Of a stretch of 64,000 bases of DNA, positions 48,318 through 60,400 are shown piece by piece. Positions within the stretch are counted from its first letter, which is position 1. Every line of letters starts with the position of its first letter. A program made the position numbers and the translations under genes. The notes under the pieces are model-generated. The model was given only the letters and a program-made list of their open reading frames with translations, was not told the DNA's origin and made no database searches. The stretch spans positions 50,780,001-50,844,000 of the forward strand of contig OZ076409.1 of assembly GCA_964187785.1 (NCBI GenBank), read 5' to 3'. The stretch comes from Amphiscolops sp. MND2022. Its lineage: Eukaryota.

Positions 48318-49150
48318 CAGAAGTTTCGTCGTCGGAAATTTCGTCGTCAGAAATTTCGTCGTCAGAAATTTCGTCGTCGGAGAATACGCTCTATAAAACG
48401 TTGCATTTTATCTAAGCTATTAGGAATTGTCTAATGGTATTGATGTCTTAAAATTTATCGAGTCTTGATAATTATCTAAATAATTATCGGTAATTGTGCA
48501 ATTATTGCTATTATTGACTTTTAGTAATGGTTTTAACACATAAAGTTTTGGACCATGTTCCTTATCGCTCCCACCCAGATACACAATGTTTCTTATCCCC
48601 CTCCCAGCACGAATTGGTTTCGACACTTGAAGCAAAATTCCCCGGAATTTTCGATTTTTTTTGACAAAAAAGTCACCTCCGGAACAAGCCTAAATTGTAT
48701 AGTAAAGCTCCGAATACAATGCAAATTTTCTCCGTCATAAATTAAATTGGCTAGTATGGTGTGAATCACCATACACCGGTACAATGGTTCAGGACTGAAA
48801 ATATACCATTGCTCAATAAGCGTCTTGATGAATTGATTCAATGCAATTAACTTTTTGACTCAGTTTTGGTGTCAAAATGAAACTTGTTGAGATCTCTCAT
48901 TTTAATAATTAAATAATTGAATGATTCAAATAAGCCTTTTTCGCGAACGCTGTTAATTTTTATCAATACGACGAAATTTCCGACGACGAAATTTCCGACG
49001 ACGAAATTTCCGTCGACGAAATTTCAGACGACGAAATTTCCGACGACGAAATTTCTGACGACGAAATTTCTGTATTTGCTAATACGACGAAATTTCCTGC
49101 GACGAAATTTCTGACGACGAAATTTCTGGCGACGAAATTTCCGTCTCCCC
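48318..49150. mobile_element. Foldback/TIR-type element with inverted arrays of a 15-bp unit (GACGACGAAATTTCC)
   Basis: ~4 units at 48321..48381 and ~11 inverted units at 48967..49145. Confidence 0.7.
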
Positions 49151-50292
49151 ACAAAATAATGCATAATATTTTTTTCCATTTCTGACCTGTTTTCCCATTA
49201 TATTGTCGTTCTATTTGAAAAGCTGAATTATGTCAGCATCAAAGGTTTCATAGTTCTTAAGCTTCCGCTCAAGCGACGTCAATAACGTCCAAGTCTGTTT
49301 TCTGGAATTAAAACCCAAAAGAGGGTTCAAAGAAATATTATTTATTAAAAGGAAAAATGAAAAACCGATTATGAATGGTATGACAACATCCATCCTTCTG
49401 GCGAGCTCCAATTCAGTCTTTGTCAAAACCACGCCTTCTAGACCTGTAATGGCCCGTTGCTTTGCTCCTCCCGGGTCGGCGTTCCATTCATTTCCATGTT
49501 TCATCATGTAAATACCATGCGGTCCAGGTGTAGAATAGTTTTTTCCAAGAAAAAGTTTCAGAAACAGTCAAAAAATAAGACTCATCGAGTTTTTCTGCTT
49601 CACAAAGTAGGAAAACCGCTCAACAAATTAAAAAGTCAGAAAGTCTTTTAACGCACAAATCAACCCAATATTTGGATTTCAGTTCAATCGCTGGTTTACC
49701 AGGGAAATTTAGATACGGATGTTACTTCTTTTCTCTATACGGTTTGATTTTCTGAAGGTTTTTCCTCTTCTAGGTTTTAGGGGATTAAATGCAGAAAAAA
49801 TAAAAGTGGCCAGTTAGATGGACCATGCATGGAATTAACATTGACCATGGTAATTCCAAGCATGAAATCATTGTGATCGGGCATTTTCACAAGGATTTGC
49901 ACTCTTTCCATTACAGTGATTTGAGGTCTTATTTCACTGGAATACAGCGATTTAGCTCTTTTTTTTTCCACTGAATCACAAATAATGTAGCCCTCATTTT
50001 ACCAAACCACTGTGATTTCAGACCTTATTCTGCTGGATATGGTGATTTTAGGCCTTATCTACTAAAATAGTGATTTCTATAGAGTTTTTCCAGTGCTTTC
50101 TGGAGTGATTTCTGGATTTTTTCCATAGTGATTTCGTCCAGAGTTCTGAAAATATTCCAAGGGTTTTAGAAATATTTCCAGTGTTTTTCATGTCGAATTC
50201 AAGTGAATTTAGATTTTATTCCAGTGGTTTCAGATGTTATAATTCCTATTATTTGCAACTTTTCGTTTTCCTTATCAACAGTAACCAAGTTA

Positions 50293-50768
50293 AACAAGCC
50301 GGGACCGGCCCAAGTCGGCGCCATATCTAAGGCTCAAAAATAGCAAAAGGACTTCAAATTGTATTGGTGAATTTGGAACACTTTACAAAACAAATTGAAA
50401 AAAAGTTTCACAATGCCAAAAAAACTGAAAGGGAGTACCTTTTGGGATTTTTCAACATCCATTGTGTTGCCAAACTCCAAAAAATTGATGGGGGGACCCT
50501 TTGGTGGAAAATGATTTTCAAAAAAAAGTCGCACAGTGCCGAAAATAATCTAAAGAGTGGACCCTTTGGTCTCGTCCGGTATTGTATGTTACGCGGGAAA
50601 CCTTTTCGGTTCAGTTCCTTGGGCCAACAGGTACAATTCGGCGTTTTCTCAAAATTTTGTAGAACTTTTGTTAGAACTTTTTAGGTGACTTCAGGTGATC
50701 TTAAAAAACACTGACGAAAAGCCATGACTGTAGTCGACTCTTTTCTCAAGAAAAGCGCCGACTAAAAA
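50293..50768 (-). mobile_element. Helentron/DINE-like non-autonomous repeat copy
   Basis: Subterminal inverted repeat AGTCGGCGC / GCGCCGACT; terminal hairpin GCCGG...CCGGC. Confidence 0.7.
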
Positions 50769-50791
50769 CATGATCAGCTGAAATGTGATGA

Positions 50792-50925
50792 ATTTTGAAC
50801 GAGAATAGACAAAAATTTTGAATTTGAGACGAATGAAGTGTACAGTACTGTGTGATTATAATCACACAGTACTGTACACTTCATTCGTCTCAAATTCAAA
50901 ATTTTTGTCTATTCTCGTTCAAAAT
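50792..50925. repeat. 134-bp perfect spacerless palindrome
   Basis: ATTTTGAACGAGAATAGAC...GTGATTA|TAATCAC...GTCTATTCTCGTTCAAAAT. Confidence 0.95.
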
Positions 50926-51555
50926 AGAGTGAACAGAAATATTCTAGTTCAAAATATAGTGAGAGCAAATAGGCCATTTTAATTGGTTGATAACGACGCT
51001 GCATAGGGTGGCGTTTTCCTATAGTTTTCCCACTTATTATTAAATAAATTCTTTCTGCTTATGGTATGCTTTATGGTATACTTATGATGCCTATATATAG
51101 TACCTGATTAAATCTTATCTTCCAGGCCAGTCCATTGACAGTTTGAAAATAAGTTAGTTCGTTTTTAATAAAAACATCCGTAAATGATTACGAATTCACA
51201 ACCTTTCATTTCCATTTCGTTCTATAAATAGCAACAATTTTTCATCTCGTCAATTTTTCAGCCAGCTGTGAATTTAAGTTGAAGTTACAATGCTCTCTAT
51301 ATCTCTGTTCAAGTTTTGATCTGCAACTTTTCGCTATAAATCAACCCAACAGTTATTTCTATCAGAAATTTACTTTTCTGTAGGAAATCTCAAATAAATC
51401 ATCCACTCCATAACCCCTCTTTTTTTCAATTTGTAAGAAAATAAATTTCTTATGGTAGTATTAAAAGAAGTGAAGACAACCTTTCAATCATTATAATGCT
51501 CTCCACGAAATCATTACTACAAAAGCTGTCTAATTAGAATTTTTCGTAACTTCAG

Positions 51556-51938
51556 GCCAGGAAGATTTTGATCGCCTGAGACCTATAGCGTATGCTGACG
51601 TGGACGTTGCTGTCATGTGTTTTGACCTGACTCTAAGAGACAGTCTGGAAAACTGTGAGAACAAATGGAAAGGAGAGTTAGACTACTTTATGAAGGGCGT
51701 TCCTTTTATCTTGGTCGGGTGCAAATTGGATCTGAGAGAGGAAAAAGCTGCGACCAGCAATAACGACCCAGATCTAGTGCCCACAGCAGAGGGAGAGGAA
51801 TTCGCCAAAAAACTAGGAGCTTATCTCTACATCGAAACATCAGCCAAGAGAGGCGACGGGGTCAATGAACTTTTTGAACAAGCAGCCAGAGTGACTATCA
51901 AAAGTCCAACGAGTGGGGGGTGTTGTACCATCATGTGA
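51556..51938 (+). CDS. Rho: Rho-family small GTPase, coding exon 2 (joined protein 190 aa)
   Basis: Acceptor TTCAG| in phase 1; GQEDFDRLRP, LVGCKLDLR (G4), Rho insert, ETSAK (G5), C-terminal CCTIM CAAX box. Confidence 0.95.
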
Positions 51939-53066
51939 TATACCATATTTGCTACCACCTTACCAAAAAAATCCCTGTTCCTCGCATTTATTTTCACGAG
52001 CTGCTGCTGCTTCCAGCAAACCCAAATCACCAAGCTAATTTTTGCTCTGAGAATAGTTTCAGCTCAATTATGAATGTAGATAGCCTTTCTCATGACTGAA
52101 GCCCAGATCTAACTTGTATCCTATTTAACAAAAAGAGGTGTAACAAAAGTTTCTTATTTGGAAAAGCACAGAAATCTTTCATATTTCGAACCATATGCAT
52201 TTCTTTGAAAAGTAGACCTGGGCAATAAGCAATTGCTTAATAATTCGACTTTGATTCATCTCATTGGGTTGGAATACATTTTTCTGTAAAATCAGTTGTT
52301 CTCTAATAGATTTTCACAAATCTAATACCACTCGAAAGCTCACAAAATGACAGTGCAATAAATTTTTATGAAAACCATTCAGGAGACACAATGGTTACAT
52401 TACTTAAGTCATTGATGGACACGTCTCTAACTGCAATATTATAGATTCAAATGAGTCATTTTTCGACATTAAGAAAAATGTTCGATAAGTCCACTACATG
52501 TACATATTAGGTTTTTTTCATTTCCAATCCTGACACATCAAAGCTGTTTCAACGGTAGTTCATCTTGCCCTTAGTTGAAAGAGATCAAAAGTTTTAAATG
52601 TTTTTATAGGTTGCAAAGCAAATTTAATAGGTTTTTGGAAGCTGCTTAGGGAAGTTCTCATGCTCTAAATTTTCATTCTGCGTCACTAATTTTTCAGGAA
52701 TTTATTTATTTCTCTACTATTCGGCAGGTTTGCAGAGCAAAATCAAGGAAATTAAAGAAAAATTCTATGTGAAATTTTGCAGGTTTTTGCAAGCAAAACC
52801 TCAATTATGCAAGCACTCCTTTGTCTTTGGGTGAGCAATACAGATCAATTTTTAGAAAATAGTCCCACGAGAACCGCAGCGGTACCGCGATGTCTTTCAT
52901 TTCCTGGAATTAGCTGTTTTTAGAGAGACGTTTTAGCAAAAAACTAAAAGGTTCAAAGAACGACACGATAATTTACAAATCTAATACAAACACATGCATG
53001 TGACCGGCAAGGCTACTGCATCAACATTTCATTGCCACTTTGTAAATCTTGATAACGAAAATACAT

Positions 53067-53697
53067 AACAAGACGGGAACGTCTAAAGTCGGCGCTATAT
53101 CTAAGGCTCAAAAAGCTCAGAGTTTTCTAAATATGCCCAGGATGTATTCATGAAAAGCTTTGAAAACACTTTCGAGACACCCAAAGTGTGCCTTTCATGC
53201 TCGATATGACTGGAAAATCACTTTTCCCGACTGGAAACAAAAAAAAATTGAAAATTTTTTTGAAAATTTTTTGAAATTTTTTTTTGAAAAAATTTTGAAA
53301 ACGTCGCATAGTGCCGAAAAATGAAAAGGGGGGATCCTTTGGGATTCATTAACATACTTTCTGTTGCAAAATATCAAAAAATCCGAAGGGAGGACTCTTT
53401 TGAAAAATTAAAAATTTTCGGAAAAAAAATTCGCACAGTGCCGAAAAAAATTGAAAGGGGGGACTCTTTGGAGTCTTCCGGTTCTGTAGGTTACGTAAAA
53501 AAGGTAAAAAACGAAAGGGGGGACCCTTTGCAGTAAGTTTGCATTGGTCGAACTTGGCCTGAGTGAACTTATCAGTTTCTGTAAAAAGTGGTACATCCAC
53601 GATGAGCTCTGTGGTCTGACGAAAAAAAAAAGAAAAAAAAACTAGCCACTGTAATAGTCGGGCTTTTTTCCTTAAAGGAAAATGCGCCGACTAAAAA
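53067..53697 (-). mobile_element. Helentron/DINE-like non-autonomous repeat copy
   Basis: AACAAGACGGGAACGTCTAAAGTCGGCGC ... AGTCGGGC...GCGCCGACTAAAAA. Confidence 0.72.
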
Positions 53698-54125
53698 CGC
53701 ATTTGTAGTTAAAACCATGTGAACTTGAATTTTCAAATGATTTCGTTTTGGTCACATCGAAAAACTGTTTTTTTAATCTTCGAGAAATATTACACAGGCT
53801 CATTAGATCGAAGGATATGAGGCGCTAAGGCATTGTGATATCTTTGTAAGCTTTGCTAATACGCCCTAAGAAGTAAATCAGAGAAAATACCGTCTCAATA
53901 TTTTTACTTAAGAGAGCAGTGAGATATTTTCCGCCCAAACTGTTCTACAACGACATAAATTTGAGGCTCAAAAATAGCCAATGCATTATGAAAATGCAAA
54001 GACATTCAAAGGCCATTTTAAAAGAAACATCTACTTTACAAAGACGTAAAGTACCTCATTGTGTTGCTGCTTAACTATGTGAATACCAGTACATAACATA
54101 CCAAATTATTAATCGGTGCTTTCCA

Positions 54126-54387
54126 TTAGGAACGAGCGACAATTGTCATGGCTCTTCGTCAGTATTTTTTTTTCGATAACACCTTATCTACCGAAAGTTC
54201 TTCAACTTTTCCAGTAACTTCTCTCTGCCACTTGAACTAGTGGTTAACGAGGATTTTTAGGAACGAGCGACAATTGTCATGGCTCTTCGTCAGTATTTTT
54301 TTTTCGATAACACCTTATCTACCGAAAGTTCTTCAACTTTTCCAGTAACTTCTCTCTGCCACTTGAACTAGTGGTTAACGAGGATTT
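54126..54387. repeat. Perfect 131-bp tandem duplication inside a partial repeat copy
   Basis: 54126..54256 = 54257..54387. Confidence 0.9.
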
Positions 54388-54725
54388 CCTGCAATGTTAG
54401 AAGCAAGGGTACGTGGGTTCGAGTGTCGCACTCAACCAAAAAAGTGTTCTATTTTGGAAATGTAGGAAGACACAATGGTCCCCCTTTAGAACATTTTCGG
54501 AAGTATGCAACTTTTCATTAGACTTTTTTTGCAAACATAAATTCCCTCCTTTGATTTTCAGCCAAAACTACATAGCTTGGGCTTATTCAAAATTGTGCAA
54601 CTCATCGACGTAAAAGAAAATTTTTGAAAACTTTTTTCGAAAACAATTTTCGAATTTTTTTGCAATTTTTAGTTTTTTGAGGTTTTTGTTTAAAAAATAA
54701 GATTCCCGAGTCTTGAGGGTTGTTG

Positions 54726-55372
54726 TTTTTAGTCGGCACTTTTCTAGGGAAAAGTGCCCGACTCTTACAGTGGCTAGTTTTTTTTCTTTTTTTTCGTCAG
54801 ACCACAGACCTCATCGCGTATGTACCACTTTTTACAGACTTCACTCTCGCTCACATGTACTTGTCAGTACTCGGTTTACGGTGAACCCAGCGGTCACGGG
54901 TTCGAGCCCTTGCTTTAGCCAGAAACTTTATCGAGCAATTTTTTTCAGCACTGTGCGACACTCAATTTTTTTCGACTCTGTGCGACTCTTTCAATTTTTT
55001 TCGGCACTGTGCGACTTTTTTTTCGAATTTTTTTGTCACCAAAGGGTCCCCCCTTCAAGTTTTTTGATATTTTGTTTATATAAGTTCTTTATATATATAT
55101 ATAAGTTTCAAAAAGCCCAAAGGGTCACATCTTTCTAGTTTTTCGGCACTATGAGACTGTTTCAAAAATCTCATTTTCGTTTTTTTTTTCGAAAATTTTT
55201 CCAAAAAATTATATATTTTTTAAATGTCTCCAAAGGGTCCCCTTCAACTTTCTGGATATTTTGCAACATACTGGATTTTCAAAAAGTCGAAAGGGCCCCT
55301 TTAACAAAATTAAAAAATTGCGCATTTTTGAGCTATAGATATAGCGCCGACTTTAGACGTTCCCGTCTTGTT
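54726..55372 (+). mobile_element. Helentron/DINE-like repeat copy, inverted relative to 53067..53697
   Basis: TTTTTAGTCGGCAC...GTGCCCGACT start; GCGCCGACTTT-AGACGTTCCCGTCT-TGTT end. Confidence 0.72.
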
Positions 55373-56799
55373 TGATCCTGCGGAAATGATGAAATTCCCT
55401 ATTGATTGTTTAAGATACCTTTTTTCAGCTCTATGCGTCTTTCCGAAAAAATCATCTGGTCGAAGGGTATCCCCCACAATTTTAGAGCTGCTTTTGGCTT
55501 GAGAAAAAGTAGTGGATGGATTTATTTGTTTTTCCTGTTCGGGAAAAAGTAGCTTTCGAGTCTCAGGCGTTTTACTTGAGGTAATTGTTTGCACTGGGAA
55601 AATTGAAAAGTTTGAATCTAGTGTCCTTTGCAACTTTAAGAAACTTGGGCGGGAAGTCGACTTCGGTGGGTAAAGTTTTGCTTTATTGTTGCACATAGGG
55701 TCAACAGAAGACAGAAGTGTCAAAATTTGGAATATTTTGTTATTTTCGACAACGTTGGGGTTGATTTGGCTAACTTTTCTAACGTGAAACCACAGATGTT
55801 TCTAAGAGCCTAATGGAAACCGTTTGGCTGTTGTTGAATATTTATACCACTCTTACCCACGAAAAAACTCGAAAACTTTAAGAGAAAAAGGCAAGAAAAC
55901 GTCGAAGGTTTCTTGACCTTTGGGTAATCCTCATGGTTTCCTCCTACGCGGGAAACTGCAAAAACAGTTTCTTTTTGAAGGCGTACTCCATACCTAGTGA
56001 TTTTGCTTGGAGCTTTTGGAATAGTTATTTTTCAACCAAAAAATTCGAAAAAACTACATTTCTGGGTAAAGTTTTTTGAAATTTGTACTAATTAACTTGT
56101 CCGACAACTTTTTGACACTACACGTTTCAATTTGGATCCTATGGGTCTTCTGATTGTTGTAAACTTTTGGAAAAGGTCGAACATTAGGACTACGTTTTCG
56201 AAAAGTGAAACAAAAATGTAAATTTGGGCACCTTTGTTATCAAATTCGAGAAACTTTATCCCACGTGCTTTCCCAACTTGTGTTTTGAAGACCCTATTGT
56301 TTCAACATTCAGGTCAATGGCCAATTCTAACAAAAAATTGCGGTTACGACATTTTCGATTTTTTTTTCGATCAATTTGGTGCCATTTTCCGACAGAAGTG
56401 GGACAATTTGCCCTCAAAAAGCTCACTGGATTCTGAGTTTGGTCGTTGTTGAACGTTTTCTAACATTCGGACTCCAAAACATTTCACAAAGTTTACACAA
56501 GTTGCATGAAAACGTGAAAATGTTGATTTTTTTGATTTTGCAATTCATTTGAAGTCAAGCTGAAATGTGTTTGAAGCAGAACGCTCCAACGTTCTCTTCG
56601 AAAAGGGAACAACTGCATAGCTCGTTTGTTCAGTTTTGAACGTTTCGGAACTTCTAGCCTATGCAATCTCCCGGAAATGGTACAAAAATTGCATCAAAAA
56701 CGATAAACACCAGAAAGTTTTGGTTTTTCGACACTTTTTTGTAAAAGTTTCTGGCATTTTCCTATTACAGTTGGTTTTTACCGCTCGACAAATTTGTTT

Positions 56800-57450
56800 T
56801 GCGACAATGATTTCTTCCATTACTTAACAGTTTTAACATTTAATCCACGAAGCCTATCGAACATTTGACAAAAAAATAAAAAATGTGAAATTCGGATAAT
56901 TTTGGAAGTTTTGTTTTTTTTTCTGTTTTTCTGTGTATTTTTGGTATCTTCATTCGAGACATTATTCATTTGAAAGAACAGCATTTATCTCTTCACTAAG
57001 CCTACTGGACAACGAAATCATTATTGCTCACTCTTTTCAACATTCCACTTCGACAAGAAAACGTTGAAAGTTTTTAAAATTTGGATTTTTTTGTCATTTT
57101 CGTTTAGAAAACAGCACTCATCGTTTCGGAAAAGACTGCTGGACAACGAATTCAGGCCTTGTTGAATGTTTTTGGCATTCTAGTCTTATCCACGAAGTCT
57201 TTTGAAAACTCGACACAAATTGTAAAAAAAACGCGAGAAATTTTGAACTTGTGATTTTTGGGATCATTTTGGCTTCATTTCTTCTTTCAAAAAATGCATT
57301 TATCTCTTCAGAAAAGACTATGGAACAATTTCTTGTCTTTTTGAACGTTTTGAACACTCTCTTCCACGATGTCTATCGAAAAAAATATCATAAAAACGAT
57401 AAAAATCGAGAAAGTTTTTGTATTTTTGGGGTTATTTTCGTCATTCCCAA
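56800..57450. repeat. Diverged tandem repeat (roughly 130-190 bp units)
   Basis: Recurring CCACGAAG..T.T.GAA and GCATTTATCTCTTCA...CTGGACAACGAA motifs. Confidence 0.45.
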
Positions 57451-60400
57451 AAATGCCTAAGGCACGAAGCTAAATTTATGTGAGTTTAATTCTGTGGGAG
57501 ACACCGATTTCTACAGATTTCAACTGCATACATATACAGTTCGAAGTAGAAAACCGAAAAACCTTTTTCTCTTGCTGTAGATATTGCAATATCAATTTCC
57601 CATTTTGGTGCATTTTTATCGGTATTCCTATTAAAAACGGTATTCCTATCTTGATCAAAGTTGAGCCTCACACTCTTCCTGAAAATTGTAAAATCATAAG
57701 GATAAAACCTCAAAAAATGAGATTTAGCGCATTTTCGTCCAGAATGGTCGTTTTTCTCGAAAACGACATTTTCATGATTCAATTTCACTAGACACAAAAG
57801 CTGGACACCACTTCAATGCGAACTCACGCCCTAGACACTAATTGGTTACCACAGTCTCAAAAAATTTCGGTACATTGACAAAACACTGTAGAATTTTTAG
57901 GTTTAAGTTAAGTTTTTGAAAGCTGACTTGTGAAAAAATCAAAAAAATCGAAAGAGAGACCCCTTGGTGAAATGTATTTGTTCCTAAAAAGTGCACAATG
58001 CCGAAATTATGTAGATGTACTGACAACTAAAAAATAATTGTTCAATCCTAGTATATAGAAATTTTTGGAAAATGCTGCCCGGTGCAGAGAAAAACAAGAG
58101 AAACTTTGTAATTCTTTTTTTTCAAACTTTTCAAACTTTTTGGAAATCTCAACAGAAAACATCAAAACAGAAGGGAGACTCCCTCCCAAAAAGATTCGTT
58201 GAAAAACACAGTGCCCTGAAACCTTCAAGGATCTAACGCCTACCATTAAATGCCTGAGATCTGAAAATTTAGCAGAAATCAATTGCCTTGAATGTAACGT
58301 CCAGCAAAAGACGTTGCAAAAGTAGTTCCGAAAATTTCGTTGAAATTCAAAACGCGTGCGATATCAAATAGGATCATTCAAAATAGCCGACCTGGCAGGT
58401 CCCTGAAAATCGAAGAAAAACAAGAAAAAAACACAAAAAAACCTTCCGAAACCCCACCGGAGACGAGATACACCATCCATGGAGCGAAGAAAAGTCCAAG
58501 ACCCAGTGTTGTCCCATCTTTTTCAGAATATGTCTTGGAAAACCCAAAGAACAGAGGTACAACTCATCGATGGTTTGTTCAAAAAACCTTGAAAACTCCG
58601 AAAAAGTACAGAATGTGCTAATTACATTTATTTTCAGAGTTTTGAATGTTATTTAGCAGATTGGCAATGATGGTGGATCTACTAGATCCCTATTTTGGTG
58701 GACTTAGATGTTATTCATCTAATTAAAATCTACTTTAGCTAACCCCCTGTTTTCGGACCTCGGAGGTATGTAGGACCGCAGGAACCTTTCGGAACATTTT
58801 TACGTGCTTGTGGGACGTGTTCGGACTTTGAGTGTGCCGGCACGTCGCCACGGAGCTATAATTTGAGGAGTCTCCTTAGACCAGTGGAAAAGTCCCATGA
58901 AGACCTTTTCGGAACAAAAAACTAAAGTCTAGGTTGTAGTACCACACTGGTATCATGTATAAGCAATCCAGTCTTGGAATGTTGCTGTTAGCTTGCCGTT
59001 ACATCTAGGATAGTTTTTATGGCGCGCCACAAGGGACATTTTCCCATCTTTTCGTATTAATAGGAGTTTTTCCTGCTTTCCGGCCCTGCTATGTCCGGAT
59101 CTAGGAAAACTTTCTGGAGAGTCCTAAGTAATTTTTTTGCCGTAGTCAAGCCTTGTAGGCTTTTTTCTAACAGATTCCATGCGTTTCCTGTGTGTTTCCG
59201 AGGTCTGGAATGAGAAAATCTCGATTTATAGCAAAGTACCGTTTTGACACCGTTTCTGCTTGTTGAAATCAACTATCCGGCCTTACCGGATTCTGTTTTA
59301 AAGGGTTTTGTAGCCTGATTTCAGCTTATTTGCAATGCATTGGGACGGGGAAGACGCAATGTGACAGTCCTCAGCCGATCAGCGGTGACAAAGTGGAGAC
59401 GTTTTACGCAGCCCCACCTCCCTTCACCAATGATTGCAGCGAATCGGCTGGATTACCTTGTCCCTTTTGTTTTTGTGGCATTTGAAGCATCCTCATTAGC
59501 ACAAACTGAGAAAAACACCCACTGGGGATTCCGATTGTTCTTTGAAAATTTATAGCGAGGTAGCTACATTACCTGATGTAGCTCGATTTTCGATTTTGTT
59601 AGTTTCAAAACTTTTCAGAAGGGGTACGGCCAATGGGAACACGAAAAACACTTCCATTAGACCTGTTGGGCCAGGAACAGAAAAAAATTGTTTGGCTAAA
59701 TTGTTGAAACATCGGAAAATTTAGCCATTTTTGTTGAAGAAACAACAATTTTGGCCTAAAAGACCAGAATTAGTGAGGGCAAAGCCTTGGGCATTAGTTC
59801 CCAAGCATTTAGATTAGCCCAAAAACCTTTTTTCCGAGCCTGGTAGTACGAAACACTACTGCCAAGGCAATTTTTAGCCTTTCCCAATGAAAATTGAAAC
59901 TTTAACCCTTGATTTTCTTTGCTATACATAGACTTGAGTAGAGAACCCCATAGACCTGAGAGTTATAACATCAAAACTAATATTTGATACAACCCCAGTC
60001 CCCTAAATAAAGTTGTTACACATTTTACGTTTTTTTTAAAAAACTATCTCGAACATCTGGGAACAGTGAAATAAAAAGTTTTTGGAGAAAATACGTATTG
60101 TTCGCACTGATCCGAGAGTGTAAAAGGTAAAACCTGAAGAGTATTTACTTGGAACCTGCCAAGTTTTGCTTGCCTATATGCTGGTATTATAGAAAATAAC
60201 GTTGCGAATGCAGAAAACCGCGAGTGATTGCAACTAGTAGTGGCCGAGAAATAGCCAAAAACGTGTTATTCTCGCTACATTTTCGGAACACTGGAGTCGC
60301 ATTTCTGAGACAGGTCGAAATCTTTCCTAAACGAATCTGTAATTTTCGTAGCGCTAGTATTACTAGTGATTGAGAAATCTTAGCCGCAGTTTAGCCCAAA

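Larger units (their letters stand above)
22505..51555 (+). other. 29,051-bp intron of the Rho gene
   Basis: GTAAGT...TTCAG; the splice rebuilds DTAG/QE exactly, so no internal coding exon is required. Confidence 0.88.

Noticed and set aside
48967..49145. CRISPR array or repetitive protein (TTKFP/SSEIS ORFs)
   Set aside because: Contiguous 15-bp units without spacers in a eukaryotic context; the ORFs are a by-product of the repeat.
54345..54440. Functional tRNA gene
   Set aside because: Only A/B-box-like motifs are visible; I could not fold a convincing cloverleaf, and it lies within a repeat.
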